Origin: Nitrospinales bacterium
Lineage (GTDB): Bacteria > Nitrospinota > Nitrospinia > Nitrospinales > VA-1
NCBI GenBank assembly: GCA_965262115.1
Contig: OZ253496.1
Coordinates: forward strand, 928,001-992,000
Direction of reading: 5' to 3'
Length of the DNA stretch: 64,000 nucleotides
Below the pieces are notes generated by a model. That model worked only from the letters and a program-made list of their open reading frames with translations, was not told the DNA's origin and made no database searches. Positions within the stretch are counted from its first letter, which is position 1, and the number at the start of each line of letters is the position of its first letter. The translations under genes and the position numbers were made by a program. Positions 31,996-41,635 of the stretch are shown here, in pieces.

Positions 31996-32824
31996 TCACC
32001 CTCACTACAGACTTCGGCCTTGATGATCCTTTTGTCGGCATCATGAAAGGAGTCATTCTTAATATTGTGCCAGATGCCCAGATCGTTGACATCACCCACA
32101 ATATCGAACCACAAAATATCACCTAGGCCGCATTGATCCTCAACGCTACCTATCCTTGGTTTCCCAGAAAAACTATTCATTGGTGGTGGTTGATCCCGGT
32201 GTCGGGGGTGGAGAAAAAAGCACCGGCAAAGCTCCCTCAAAAAATGCAGGAGGCCCTGGCCCGGTAATCCGAAGGGCCATGGTAGTGCAGTCCAAATTCC
32301 AGACCTTTGTCGGACCCGACAACGGGGTGCTTACCCCTGCCCTCCACAGCGATAGCCGGGTTTACGAGATCACCAATAAAAAATATTTTCTTAAAAACGT
32401 CTCCAACACCTTTCACGGGCGCGATGTATTCGCTCCCTGCGCAGGGTGGATTGCCATCGGCGTTCAACATTCCAAAATGGGGCCGAGGGTGTTGAAACCT
32501 GTCCGCCAGGGCTTTTCCCAGCCCCAGTTGAAAGGAGCAACCTTGCACGGGGAAATCATTCATATCGACCACTTCGGCAACCTCACCACTAATATTTCTG
32601 CAGAATTAATCCACGAAACCTTTATTTCTTCAGATACAATAAAGGTGCCGATTGGAAAGCATCGAATCAATGGACTGGTAAGCGGTTATTACCAGATGAA
32701 ATCCGGTCAGCCCGGAGCCGTCATCAATAGCTGGAACCATCTGGAAATTTTCTACCGTGAAGACAGCGCCAAAAAAAAACTGAAAGCCAGGATCGGACAA
32801 TCCGTGACCCTGAAAGCCAACTAG
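31983..32824 (+). pseudogene. SAM hydroxide adenosyltransferase (DUF62) pseudogene
   Basis: [17 protein letters not shown]-terminus; in-frame TAG at 32124; frameshift near 32180 before VVVDPGVG; GPDNG, TFHGRD and DHFGN downstream. Confidence 0.88.
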
Positions 32825-32886
32825 ACCATCTATGAATGGACTATTAAAGAAGAGTCCGTCCACCCCCATTTAGCCGGTTATTAATC

Positions 32887-33345
32887 GTGAGTGACATCAA
32901 AATTGTCTGCCAGAATAAAAAGGCGCGGCACGAATATTCCATCGAAGACACTATGGAGGCCGGACTGGTGCTGAAAGGTACGGAAGTCAAATCCTTGAGA
33001 AATGGAAAAGCCAACCTGGTCGACAGCTACGCCACCATTGATGGCGAGGAAGCATGGCTCAACCATTTCCATATTGATGCCTACACCCCGGCCACGCAGT
33101 TCAACCATCACCCCATGCGAAAGCGCAAACTGCTTTTACATAAAAAAGAAATCAGTAAACTCATCGGGAAAACTCAGGAAAAGGGCTGCACTCTGATTCC
33201 CTTAAAAGTTTATTTCAAGAACGGGGTTGCAAAAGTCGATCTCGGCATTGCCAAAGCGAAAAAACTCTACGACAAACGCGCTGCACTTAAGAAACGCGAG
33301 TCTGAGCGCGAAATCGACCGAGCTATGAAATCCAGAAACCGCTGA
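32887..33345 (+). CDS. smpB: SsrA-binding protein
   Basis: NKKARHEY, EAGLVLKGTEVKSLR and RKLLLHK. Confidence 0.97.
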   Translation: MSDIKIVCQNKKARHEYSIEDTMEAGLVLKGTEVKSLRNGKANLVDSYATIDGEEAWLNHFHIDAYTPATQFNHHPMRKRKLLLHKKEISKLIGKTQEKGCTLIPLKVYFKNGVAKVDLGIAKAKKLYDKRAALKKRESEREIDRAMKSRNR

Positions 33346-33420
33346 CCCGATAAAAGAAATTGGATAACAGCGCTTATTTGTTTTATCCTGCTTGCCCTAT
33401 TAAATAAAAAGGTGTACGGA

Positions 33421-34419
33421 ATGGAACTGGACAAGGTGATCGGGAAAATACTGGAGGGTTATCAACCGGCATGCGTGATCATGACGGCGAATGAGTTAAA
33501 ACTGTTCGACCAGCTCAAACAACCGACAGCAGCAGCACAAGTCGCAAAGACCTTGAATCTGGACCCGGAAGCCACCGAACGCCTGCTCAACGCCCTCACT
33601 TCGCTGGAAATTGTTACCAAGGAAAACCAGACCTATCACCTGCCAGAAGCCGCTCACGAATATCTCATAACAGGCGGGAGCCATTCTCTTCAGCAGTGGA
33701 TTCAGCTCTCGGCCGACCTTTATCCGGTTTGGGGCCAGCTCTCCTCTTTTATAAAATCCGGTATTCTTATTAAAAGTATCATGGAGATGCTAGGCGGTGA
33801 TCCGCATAAAATGAGGGCGTTTACCGATGCCATGCACGACAAGGCTCTCAAAGCCACCTGGCTGATCGCCCGCGAAATTCCTGTTGGGGACGCAAAAACC
33901 CTGCTGGATGTCGGCGGAGGACCAGGAACCTATTCGCTGGAATGGTGCAAACTGCACAACCATCTTAAAGCCACTGTTTTCGATATTGCACCGGTTCTGG
34001 AAGTCACAAAAACTTATATCGAATCCTATGAATTGCAGGGTCGGGTTGATGCCAAACCGGGTGATTTCCATAAAGATGATTTGGGAGACAGTCAATACGA
34101 TCTGGTGCTCATGGCTAATATCCTGCACATGTACGACGCTGATATGAGTCGAGCCCTGGTCACCAAAGCCGTGAAAGCCGTGAAACCGGGTGGCCGCATT
34201 ATCATCCACGGTTTCTGCACCAATGAAAACCAGACCGGCCCTTTGGGTGACACGCTGTTCAGCCTCAATATTGGCATGCTGACCGAAGGTGGACGGGCAC
34301 ACCCTGTTCAGGAAAAAATCGACTGGCTTAAGGGAACTGGAGTTTCCGATATTCGCCATTTCCGTATCGATGCCATCCCCACCGGAGTCGTAACCGCCAC
34401 TAGGCGTGGAGCCAACTAG
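33421..34419 (+). CDS. O-methyltransferase family 2 (dimerisation domain plus Methyltransf_2)
   Basis: FTDAMH, LLDVGGGPG, GDF and NILH; ATG at 33421. Confidence 0.88.
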   Translation: MELDKVIGKILEGYQPACVIMTANELKLFDQLKQPTAAAQVAKTLNLDPEATERLLNALTSLEIVTKENQTYHLPEAAHEYLITGGSHSLQQWIQLSADLYPVWGQLSSFIKSGILIKSIMEMLGGDPHKMRAFTDAMHDKALKATWLIAREIPVGDAKTLLDVGGGPGTYSLEWCKLHNHLKATVFDIAPVLEVTKTYIESYELQGRVDAKPGDFHKDDLGDSQYDLVLMANILHMYDADMSRALVTKAVKAVKPGGRIIIHGFCTNENQTGPLGDTLFSLNIGMLTEGGRAHPVQEKIDWLKGTGVSDIRHFRIDAIPTGVVTATRRGAN

Positions 34420-34560
34420 CAATAGCATTTACTGCAATCAAACCGTGTTGGCGGCTTAACAAGCTCTTGCTATACGCATGGGAGAAGCAGACTTTTTCTC
34501 AGACCGAGACAACCCTTGCCAGCCGATAAAACTCTTGCTAGTTGGCCCCACGCCTAGTGG
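34397..34560. repeat. Inverted pair of repeat elements overlapping both convergent stop codons
   Basis: CCACTAGGCGTGGAGCCAACTAGCAATAG at 34397 and a near-perfect reverse complement ending at 34560. Confidence 0.9.
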
Positions 34561-35452
34561 GGCAGTAGACGACTAGCACCACTCCGGTGACGGCGACCAC
34601 ACCGCCGAAATATCCCAGTGACCCGACCGGGTCGGCTTGCAGTCCGGCAAAACCGATGTCGGGAAGAATCTTCATACCCCAAAGGGTTATCAATGGATTT
34701 AAGGAAATGATGACGCTGATCAGGGCCAGGGGAATATATTTCACAGCTTCGGCGAGAGTGCCATAAGCGAGCAGCGTGTTGAACCCGCAAAAGATCAGCG
34801 ACAACCAAGCCGTGAGTCCTGCCCGGGTAAAGTCGGCCCACTCAACGCCACCTATCAACGTAAATGTGGCCACGGCGTAAACGAGCAGGTTTAAAGACTG
34901 GGCTCCATATTGCCGACTGAGGAATTTTTGTGAGACCATATATCCCACCCACACCAGACCAGCAAGAACAATTAAAAAGTCCGCGTAGTAATAAGCTCCC
35001 GGATCCTGAATTAGGCTTTGTTGGTCATGAAAAAACAGGAACAAGCCGCTTGCCGCAATCACCATTCCCAGAACCTGCCTTAAAGCCAGACGTTCATGAA
35101 AAACAAAAACTCCAGCCAACACCAGAAACACCGAAGCGGTCTGTATCAGAACCGCCATATTGGAGGGTCCGCTCAAGTCCACCCCCAAGGTCACCCAATA
35201 ATAATTTGCTGCAAGACAGGCCCCTCCCAGAATTCCCATCCACGGGGGTTTGCGAAGGATGTTCAGAGGTTGATGCGCTTTCAATTGCAGGATGACGGTC
35301 AGGATCAAAAATGCAAACAGGAAGCGGAACCAGGAAATCGTTCCGGCATGAAAACCCTGCAGGGCGATTTTCAAAAAAATGGGTAATACACCCCAAAGCA
35401 GTGCGGTGGCAAGGGACAACAAAATGCCACGAAAGTAATGGACAAGAGCCAC
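34538..35452 (-). CDS. EamA/DMT family transporter
   Basis: About 10 TM; LLWG, RF, ERL and NPL motifs. Confidence 0.9.
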   Translation of the reverse strand: MALVHYFRGILLSLATALLWGVLPIFLKIALQGFHAGTISWFRFLFAFLILTVILQLKAHQPLNILRKPPWMGILGGACLAANYYWVTLGVDLSGPSNMAVLIQTASVFLVLAGVFVFHERLALRQVLGMVIAASGLFLFFHDQQSLIQDPGAYYYADFLIVLAGLVWVGYMVSQKFLSRQYGAQSLNLLVYAVATFTLIGGVEWADFTRAGLTAWLSLIFCGFNTLLAYGTLAEAVKYIPLALISVIISLNPLITLWGMKILPDIGFAGLQADPVGSLGYFGGVVAVTGVVLVVYCPTRRGAN

Positions 35453-35535
35453 TAAGCACCCCTTGACAGAGGAGTCAGATAGCCGTGATATTCTTCCTTA
35501 GCCTCCGTGCCCCAAATGGGTAAATGGCGGGTTAG

Positions 35536-35636
35536 GCCGAGATAGATCGTTGCTCGCCGCACCAGGCTATTGCTCATTATACCCCTTCGGAGCATGAAAT
35601 TTGCGGAGGGAGAATATCACAGCCTCACGCTTAGTG
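35536..35636 (-). repeat. Modular palindromic repeat copy downstream of hisH
   Basis: Minus strand reads CACTAAGCGTGAGGCTGTG..AAATTTCATGCTCCGAAGGGGTATAATGAGCAATAG..TCTCGGC. Confidence 0.85.
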
Positions 35637-36254
35637 AAGGTTGGAAAAGTTTTTCAGCATGGTGAGTCCCAGGCGCTGGCTTTTTTCGGGATGAAACTGG
35701 AACGCATGGATATTTTCGTGATGGATTCCTGAGGCAAAATCGGTTCCATAACAGGTGGTGGTGGCAATGATCGCCGGGTCCTGCGGCACAATATAATAAG
35801 AATGCACAAAATAAAAGTAGGACTCATCGGCCACCGAGTCAAACAACGGGTTGCCCGGAACCACTCGCACCGTATTCCAGCCCATATGGGGGATTTTTAT
35901 CGGCTCACCAGAGTCGGACTTTGCATCTTTGAATCCCACCACTTTTCCGGGAAGGATACCCAGTCCATCTACATGACCGAATTCTTCAGCCTGATTAAAC
36001 AGAAGCTGCAGCCCAAGACAGATCCCCAGAAAGGGTTTACCGCTTTTGGCAGACTGGTGCACGGTGTCAATAAGATCCAGCTTCTCCAGATTCGCCATAC
36101 ACTCCTTGAAAGCCCCGACACCGGGAAGCACCACAGATTTTGCTGAAAGAATTTTCTTGGAGTCACTGGTAACAATCGCCTCGGCACCCACCGCTTCAAA
36201 ACCTTTTTGCACGGAACGGAGATTGCCCATTCCGTAGTCAATGATAGCGATCAA
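35631..36254 (-). CDS. hisH: Imidazole glycerol phosphate synthase glutaminase subunit
   Basis: DYGMGNL, PGVGAF, GICLG, PHMGWN and QFHPEKS. Confidence 0.97.
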   Translation of the reverse strand: MIAIIDYGMGNLRSVQKGFEAVGAEAIVTSDSKKILSAKSVVLPGVGAFKECMANLEKLDLIDTVHQSAKSGKPFLGICLGLQLLFNQAEEFGHVDGLGILPGKVVGFKDAKSDSGEPIKIPHMGWNTVRVVPGNPLFDSVADESYFYFVHSYYIVPQDPAIIATTTCYGTDFASGIHHENIHAFQFHPEKSQRLGLTMLKNFSNLH

Positions 36255-36842
36255 CTACAGGGTCCCTTTGGTTGAAGGAATGGTTCCTGAGCGGGAATCC
36301 AGCGTGCAGGCAGAGTCTAAAGCGCGGGCAAAAGATTTGAACAACGCTTCGGTTATGTGGTGAAGATTATTCCAGTAAGGAGAATTGAAATGCAGGGTCA
36401 GGCCGCTGTTAGCGGCAAAAGCCTGAAAAAACTCCGGCACAAGCTCGACATCAAACTCGCCAAGTTTGGCCTTGGGAAGTTCCAGATTGAATACAAAGAA
36501 AGCCCGACCGCTGATATCAATAATACATTGGGCCAAAGCCTCATTAAGAGGTACGCTGGCTTCCGCGAACCGGCGAATGCCCTTTTTATCCCCTAATGCC
36601 TCCTTGAAAGACTGCCCAACAGCTATGCCAACATCTTCCACCGTGTGGTGAAAGTCTATATGGGTGTCACCCTGGGCTTTAACCGTGAGGTCGAAATAAC
36701 CATGCTTCGACAATTGTGACAGCATATGATCCAAAAATGGGACAGGAGTCTTTATATCCTGGACCCCGGTTCCATCCAGATTCAAGCTGATCTCAATTTG
36801 TGTCTCGCTGGTGGAGCGCTTTACGTGGGAAGTTCTAGCCAT
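36255..36842 (-). CDS. hisB: Imidazoleglycerol-phosphate dehydratase
   Basis: DHML, HHTVED, HHITE and PSTKG. Confidence 0.97.
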   Translation of the reverse strand: MARTSHVKRSTSETQIEISLNLDGTGVQDIKTPVPFLDHMLSQLSKHGYFDLTVKAQGDTHIDFHHTVEDVGIAVGQSFKEALGDKKGIRRFAEASVPLNEALAQCIIDISGRAFFVFNLELPKAKLGEFDVELVPEFFQAFAANSGLTLHFNSPYWNNLHHITEALFKSFARALDSACTLDSRSGTIPSTKGTL

Positions 36843-38862
36843 TCAGAGGTTGTTTAACCTTGGTCTCTTCTTTTTTGCCATTCTTGCCATTACTGGAATA
36901 GGCGGCTTTTTTTCCATTGGCAGAGTGAGGATTTTTGCCGTTACCGGCCACCCATTCTTTGCCGTTGCCGTAGGCCGCCATTTCGGCAACCGTCGCATAA
37001 AAAGTCATGATGGTTTCAAACATGCCATCCGGGTCCAGCTTAAGAATTTTACGCTGTATCGTGGGCGAACCGTGCTCCAGAACAATGTCGCCGAGCCCGA
37101 TACATTTAACCGGAATATGCACTATCTGCTCTTCCTGCAAGGCTTCCAGAACAGCAGATCCAAAACCACCTTTGAGAGAATGTTCTTCCGTGGTGACCAG
37201 ACACCGTGCTTGATGGGCGTATTTGGCAATCAATTCCTTATCCACCGGTTTGGCAAACCGAGCATTGATAACAGCAACGCTCACGCCTTCTTCCTCAAAC
37301 TTGTCAGCAACCTGTTTCGCCGATTCCACCGTATGCCCATAGGCAAATATGGCGATATCCGTTCCATCCCGAATCACTTCTCCCTTGCCTATCTCAAGTT
37401 GTTTCATCTCGGGGTCCAAGGGTACACCCAAACCGGCGCCTCTGGGATAGCGGAGAGCCGCCGGGCCAGGATGGTAAACCGCCGTTTTCAACATATGCCG
37501 CAATTCATTTTCATCTTTCGGAGCCATGACCACCATGTTCGGCAAGGTGCGAAGAAACGCAATATCATACAAGCCCTGATGCGTCGCGCCATCTTCCCCG
37601 ACTATTCCCGCCCGATCCATGGCAAACGTCACCGACAAGTTCATCAAACAGATGTCATGAACAACCTGATCATACGCCCTTTGCAGAAAGGTGGAATAAA
37701 TGGCAGCAACCGGACGAAAACCTTCTATCGATAGCGCCCCGGCGAATGCAACTCCGTGTTGTTCCGCCATGCCCACATCAAAGGTCCGGTCAGGAAACTC
37801 CTTACCAAACTTACTGATTCCCGTCCCATCCGGCATCGCCGCGGTAATGCCAATAACTTTTTCATCCTCTCTAGCCAACTGAATCAGGGCATCCGCAAAC
37901 ACAGCGGTATAAGCCGGGTTGGCTTTCTTCTTATGAAATTCGCCAGTAGAAATATTGAAAGGCTTGGCACCATGCCAGACATCGGCTTTCTCTTCTGCCT
38001 GTTCGTAACCTTTTCCCTTGCGGGTGATGACATGCATCAAGGTCGGACCTTCAAGATCTTTCACGCTGTTAAACGAATCGATCAACTCCTGGACATTATG
38101 GCCATCTATCGGCCCCACATAACGAAACCCCAGGTCTTCGAATAAACGTCCGGGAATAAACACTCCCTTTATAGCCTCGTCTATCTTATGTGCATATCGG
38201 GTGATTTCCTTACCGATACCGGGAACAGACAACAAAAGCTGACCGATTTCCTGTTTGATTTTCAACATCACTTGCCCGGTCATGATCTTACTGAGATGTG
38301 CAGACATGCCGCCTACATTGGCAGAGATAGACCATTCATTATCGTTGAGCACAACAATCATGTCATTCTGAATATGTCCGGTATGGTTGAGCCCTTCAAA
38401 AGCCATTCCCGCAGTCAGTGAGCCATCCCCAATGATCGCAATGACATCATTGTCTGCTTTTTTCAGATCCCGCGCTTTGGCAAAAGCCAGTGCAGCGGAA
38501 ATGGAAGTACCGCCGTGCCCACAGTTCCAATGATCGTGTTCGCTCTCTTCGCGCTTGGTGAAACCGCATAACCCTTCATGCTGGCGAAGAGTACCGAACC
38601 GGTCTTTCCTTCCTGTCAGCAATTTATGGACGTAAGACTGATGGCCCACATCCCAGACAAACTTATCCTTCGGGCTATCGAAGACATAATGCATCGCCAG
38701 GGTCAATTCCACGACACCCAGGTTGGAGGACAGATGCCCACCGGTTTCGGAAATGGTTTCCAGAAGCATGTCGCGAATTTCCCGGGCGAGAAGCGGTAAC
38801 TCTTCGACTGAAAGTTTTTTTAAATCCGTGGGACTATCGATTCCACTTAAGAACTTACTCAT
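36835..38862 (-). CDS. dxs: 1-deoxy-D-xylulose-5-phosphate synthase
   Basis: GGHLSSNLG, WDVGHQ, GDGSLT..NDN, AEQH and DGATHQG. Confidence 0.97.
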   Translation of the reverse strand: MSKFLSGIDSPTDLKKLSVEELPLLAREIRDMLLETISETGGHLSSNLGVVELTLAMHYVFDSPKDKFVWDVGHQSYVHKLLTGRKDRFGTLRQHEGLCGFTKREESEHDHWNCGHGGTSISAALAFAKARDLKKADNDVIAIIGDGSLTAGMAFEGLNHTGHIQNDMIVVLNDNEWSISANVGGMSAHLSKIMTGQVMLKIKQEIGQLLLSVPGIGKEITRYAHKIDEAIKGVFIPGRLFEDLGFRYVGPIDGHNVQELIDSFNSVKDLEGPTLMHVITRKGKGYEQAEEKADVWHGAKPFNISTGEFHKKKANPAYTAVFADALIQLAREDEKVIGITAAMPDGTGISKFGKEFPDRTFDVGMAEQHGVAFAGALSIEGFRPVAAIYSTFLQRAYDQVVHDICLMNLSVTFAMDRAGIVGEDGATHQGLYDIAFLRTLPNMVVMAPKDENELRHMLKTAVYHPGPAALRYPRGAGLGVPLDPEMKQLEIGKGEVIRDGTDIAIFAYGHTVESAKQVADKFEEEGVSVAVINARFAKPVDKELIAKYAHQARCLVTTEEHSLKGGFGSAVLEALQEEQIVHIPVKCIGLGDIVLEHGSPTIQRKILKLDPDGMFETIMTFYATVAEMAAYGNGKEWVAGNGKNPHSANGKKAAYSSNGKNGKKEETKVKQPLNG

Positions 38863-38879
38863 ACGGGGGTCCCAGCCAA

Positions 38880-39836
38880 TTAAAATGTTCGTTGCACAAA
38901 GAACCGGGCAATCTCTCGGAGAGGGTCTGCCCGATCATCAAATTCTTCAAGACAAGCTAAACTTTCTTTGACCAACTCTTCAGCTTTCCGGCGAGATTTT
39001 TCCAACCCATAAAGGGCCGGATAAGTCGCCTTATCTTTAGTCAGGTCACTGCCAATATCCTTACCCAACTGTTTTTCATCACCCGTGATATCGAGAATGT
39101 CATCGATAATCTGAAAGGCAAGTCCAATATGGGCCCCAAACCGGGACAATGAATTCAACTGACGGGGAGTGGCTTGGCTAAGTATGCCGCCACACCGAAT
39201 ACAAGCTCGAATCAGAAACCCTGTTTTGTAAATGTGAATATATTCCAGAGTTTCCGCGTCAATCGGTTTACCCTCTGACTCGAGGTCAACCACTTGACCG
39301 CCAATCATACCTGTAGACCCCAGTGCCGTTGCCATCTCATGAGTGGCATTGAGAATGCACTCAGGTGGAATAGTTTCCATTCCTGCTGACCGGGTCATCA
39401 GGATAAACGCCTGAGTCAGCAGAGCGTCGCCCACTAAAATAGCGACGGCTTCTCCAAAAACTTTATGGTTTGCAGGTTTTCCCCGTCGCAGGTCATCGTT
39501 ATCCAAAGCAGGGAGATCGTCGTGAACCAGGGTATACGTATGTATCAACTCGGCGGCCACCGCAAATGGCAGAACCGCTTTCCGGTCTCCCCCTACCGCT
39601 TCCGTGGCGGCAATAACCAAAACGGGACGTAACCTCTTCCCTCCGGCGAGAAGACTGTAATGCATCGCTTTATGGATGATTTCAGGATAGGCCTTCTCCT
39701 CCGGCAAAAGATTCAGTACCCCTTCATCAATTAGCTTTTTACCTTCAGAAAGGTACTGAGATGCAGACAAACCGTTCAATAAATCAATCAATTGATAATT
39801 ATTATCGAGGGTAATACTTAACCACCTATCGCCCAA
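38880..39836 (-). CDS. ispA: Polyprenyl (farnesyl) diphosphate synthase; start uncertain
   Basis: GGKRLRP, HDDLPALDNDDLRRG, FQIIDDILD and KATYP. Confidence 0.93.
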   Translation of the reverse strand: MGDRWLSITLDNNYQLIDLLNGLSASQYLSEGKKLIDEGVLNLLPEEKAYPEIIHKAMHYSLLAGGKRLRPVLVIAATEAVGGDRKAVLPFAVAAELIHTYTLVHDDLPALDNDDLRRGKPANHKVFGEAVAILVGDALLTQAFILMTRSAGMETIPPECILNATHEMATALGSTGMIGGQVVDLESEGKPIDAETLEYIHIYKTGFLIRACIRCGGILSQATPRQLNSLSRFGAHIGLAFQIIDDILDITGDEKQLGKDIGSDLTKDKATYPALYGLEKSRRKAEELVKESLACLEEFDDRADPLREIARFFVQRTF

Positions 39837-40188
39837 AATATTAACACATAATCCCGCACAGTCAACTTTATTGTTGGGCTTCCGACCCTTTGTAAATCCT
39901 TAATTTATAAGTTGTTGGCGCTAAAATCCTGGACTGGTAACCCGGCGGAGAAAAGGTTATCGGGACAACCCAATTTTATTCCAACACACCGGCGCCGATC
40001 TGGCAAACCGAGTCCATTTTTCACTTATGTGTCAAAGTTGACAAACGCTTGTTTTTCTCAGAATGCTGATTTATCATGACAAATTAGTATCTTTAAATAA
40101 ATCGGGTTGTTGAGTTCGTCTTGAGGCCAAAGCGATTCCAACTATCCCGCTCCGGCCAGCTTTTCACCTTTCTCAATAGGAACGAAGA

Positions 40189-41514
40189 ATGCATAGTCTC
40201 ACTGATACCTGGGTCGGTTATGCCTCTATCATCTGTTTTTGTATGGCCTATTCCCTGGTCATATTCGAAGAACAGATCCATATGCGGAAATCCAAACCGG
40301 TCATTTTGATCGGTTGTTTTATGTGGGCTCTCATTGGCCTCTACGAAGCCATGCAGGGGGGCGATGGAAACGCGCATCACTTCGTCAAAGAGTTGATCGG
40401 CGAAATCGGTGAGCTATTTTTCTTTCTCCTGGTAGCAATGACCTACATCAATACCCTTGATGAAAGGAATGTCTTTAAAGCGTTAAGGTCCTGGTTGCTC
40501 AAAAAGGGCCTGGGGTTTAAAAAATTATTCTGGGCGACAGGAGGAATCACGTTCCTGCTTTCACCCATTGCGGACAACCTGACCAGCGCCCTATTGATGT
40601 CCACCGTAGCGCTAGCAGTGAGTAATGGCAATGGGCGTTTCATTGTTCCTGCATTCGTCAATATTGTGGTCGCGGCCAACGCAGGAGGAGTATGGAGTCC
40701 CTTCGGAGATATCACCACCCTGATGGTCTGGACTTCGGGAAAAGTTGCTACCATGGATTTCTCCTATCTGTTACTGCCTTCCCTCGTCAACTGGATCGTT
40801 CCTGCAAGCATCATATATTTCGCCGTTCCAGATGAGTATCCTGAAGTGGGAGAAGAGGAAGTAAAGCTCAAACCGGGAGCCAGGGTCATCATTGGACTGG
40901 GCATATTCACTGTTGCCACTGCAGTATCTTTTCATCAATTCCTCCACCTTCCCCCTTTCCTGGGAATGATGTTCGGGCTAGGCTTATTGATGGTAAAAGG
41001 ATGGTATTTAAAACGCTGGGGAGAGAAAAAATATCTTGAGACAATGGGCATTTCTGACGATCGAAGGAACCAACCCCGCCGCTTTGATATTTTCACCAAA
41101 GTGGAAGGAGTGGAGTTTGATACCCTGCTTTTCTTTTTCGGCGTTCTCACCGCCGTAGGGGCGTTGCAGTACATTGGCTATCTGGCACTGGCCAGTGAAA
41201 ACATGTATGGAACCCTAGGGCCAACAACCTCCAATATAATTATTGGTGTCCTTTCCGCTATTGTTGACAACATCCCTGTCATGTACGCGGTTCTAAAAAT
41301 GAGCCCGGAAATGGGTCTTGATCAATGGCTATTGATCACCCTGACCTGCGGGGTTGGAGGCAGTCTACTCTCCGTGGGGTCTGCAGCAGGGGTTGCAGTA
41401 ATGGGCGTTGACCGAAAATATTATACGTTCATGTCGCATTTGAAATGGGCTCCCGTCATCGCGCTGGGTTATATAGCCAGCATTGTTTGCTGGTACTTTG
41501 TAACACCGCACTAG
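40189..41514 (+). CDS. nhaD: NhaD-type Na+/H+ antiporter
   Basis: KSKP, ADNLT, AANAGG.WSPFGDITT, VDNIP and GSAAGV. Confidence 0.92.
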   Translation: MHSLTDTWVGYASIICFCMAYSLVIFEEQIHMRKSKPVILIGCFMWALIGLYEAMQGGDGNAHHFVKELIGEIGELFFFLLVAMTYINTLDERNVFKALRSWLLKKGLGFKKLFWATGGITFLLSPIADNLTSALLMSTVALAVSNGNGRFIVPAFVNIVVAANAGGVWSPFGDITTLMVWTSGKVATMDFSYLLLPSLVNWIVPASIIYFAVPDEYPEVGEEEVKLKPGARVIIGLGIFTVATAVSFHQFLHLPPFLGMMFGLGLLMVKGWYLKRWGEKKYLETMGISDDRRNQPRRFDIFTKVEGVEFDTLLFFFGVLTAVGALQYIGYLALASENMYGTLGPTTSNIIIGVLSAIVDNIPVMYAVLKMSPEMGLDQWLLITLTCGVGGSLLSVGSAAGVAVMGVDRKYYTFMSHLKWAPVIALGYIASIVCWYFVTPH

Positions 41515-41635
41515 CCCACTCGGCGCCCGGCGAGCCGCCGGAGGGAGGGGAGAACTAGCAACGACTTCATTGAACCGAGATAACCCTTTGTTAGCATGAT
41601 AAAGCTATTGCCAACTCGCCCCACGCAGAGGGGCC
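41509..41635. repeat. Modular palindromic repeat between convergent nhaD and comF
   Basis: CACTAG-CCCACTCGGCG-CCCGGCGAGCCGCCGG..CTAGCAA..CCGAGATAA..CTATTGC..GCCCCACGCAGAGGGG. Confidence 0.8.

Noticed and set aside
32124..32126. Pyrrolysine or other recoding of the in-frame TAG
   Set aside because: A second frameshift lesion follows, TAG is a normal stop in many genes here, and no pyl genes are present.
33346..33420. tmRNA or tRNA next to smpB
   Set aside because: The gap is too short and has no tRNA-like ends; no cloverleaf was noticed elsewhere in the window.
36811..37734. 307-aa plus-strand ORF
   Set aside because: It is an antisense shadow of dxs with no recognisable motifs.
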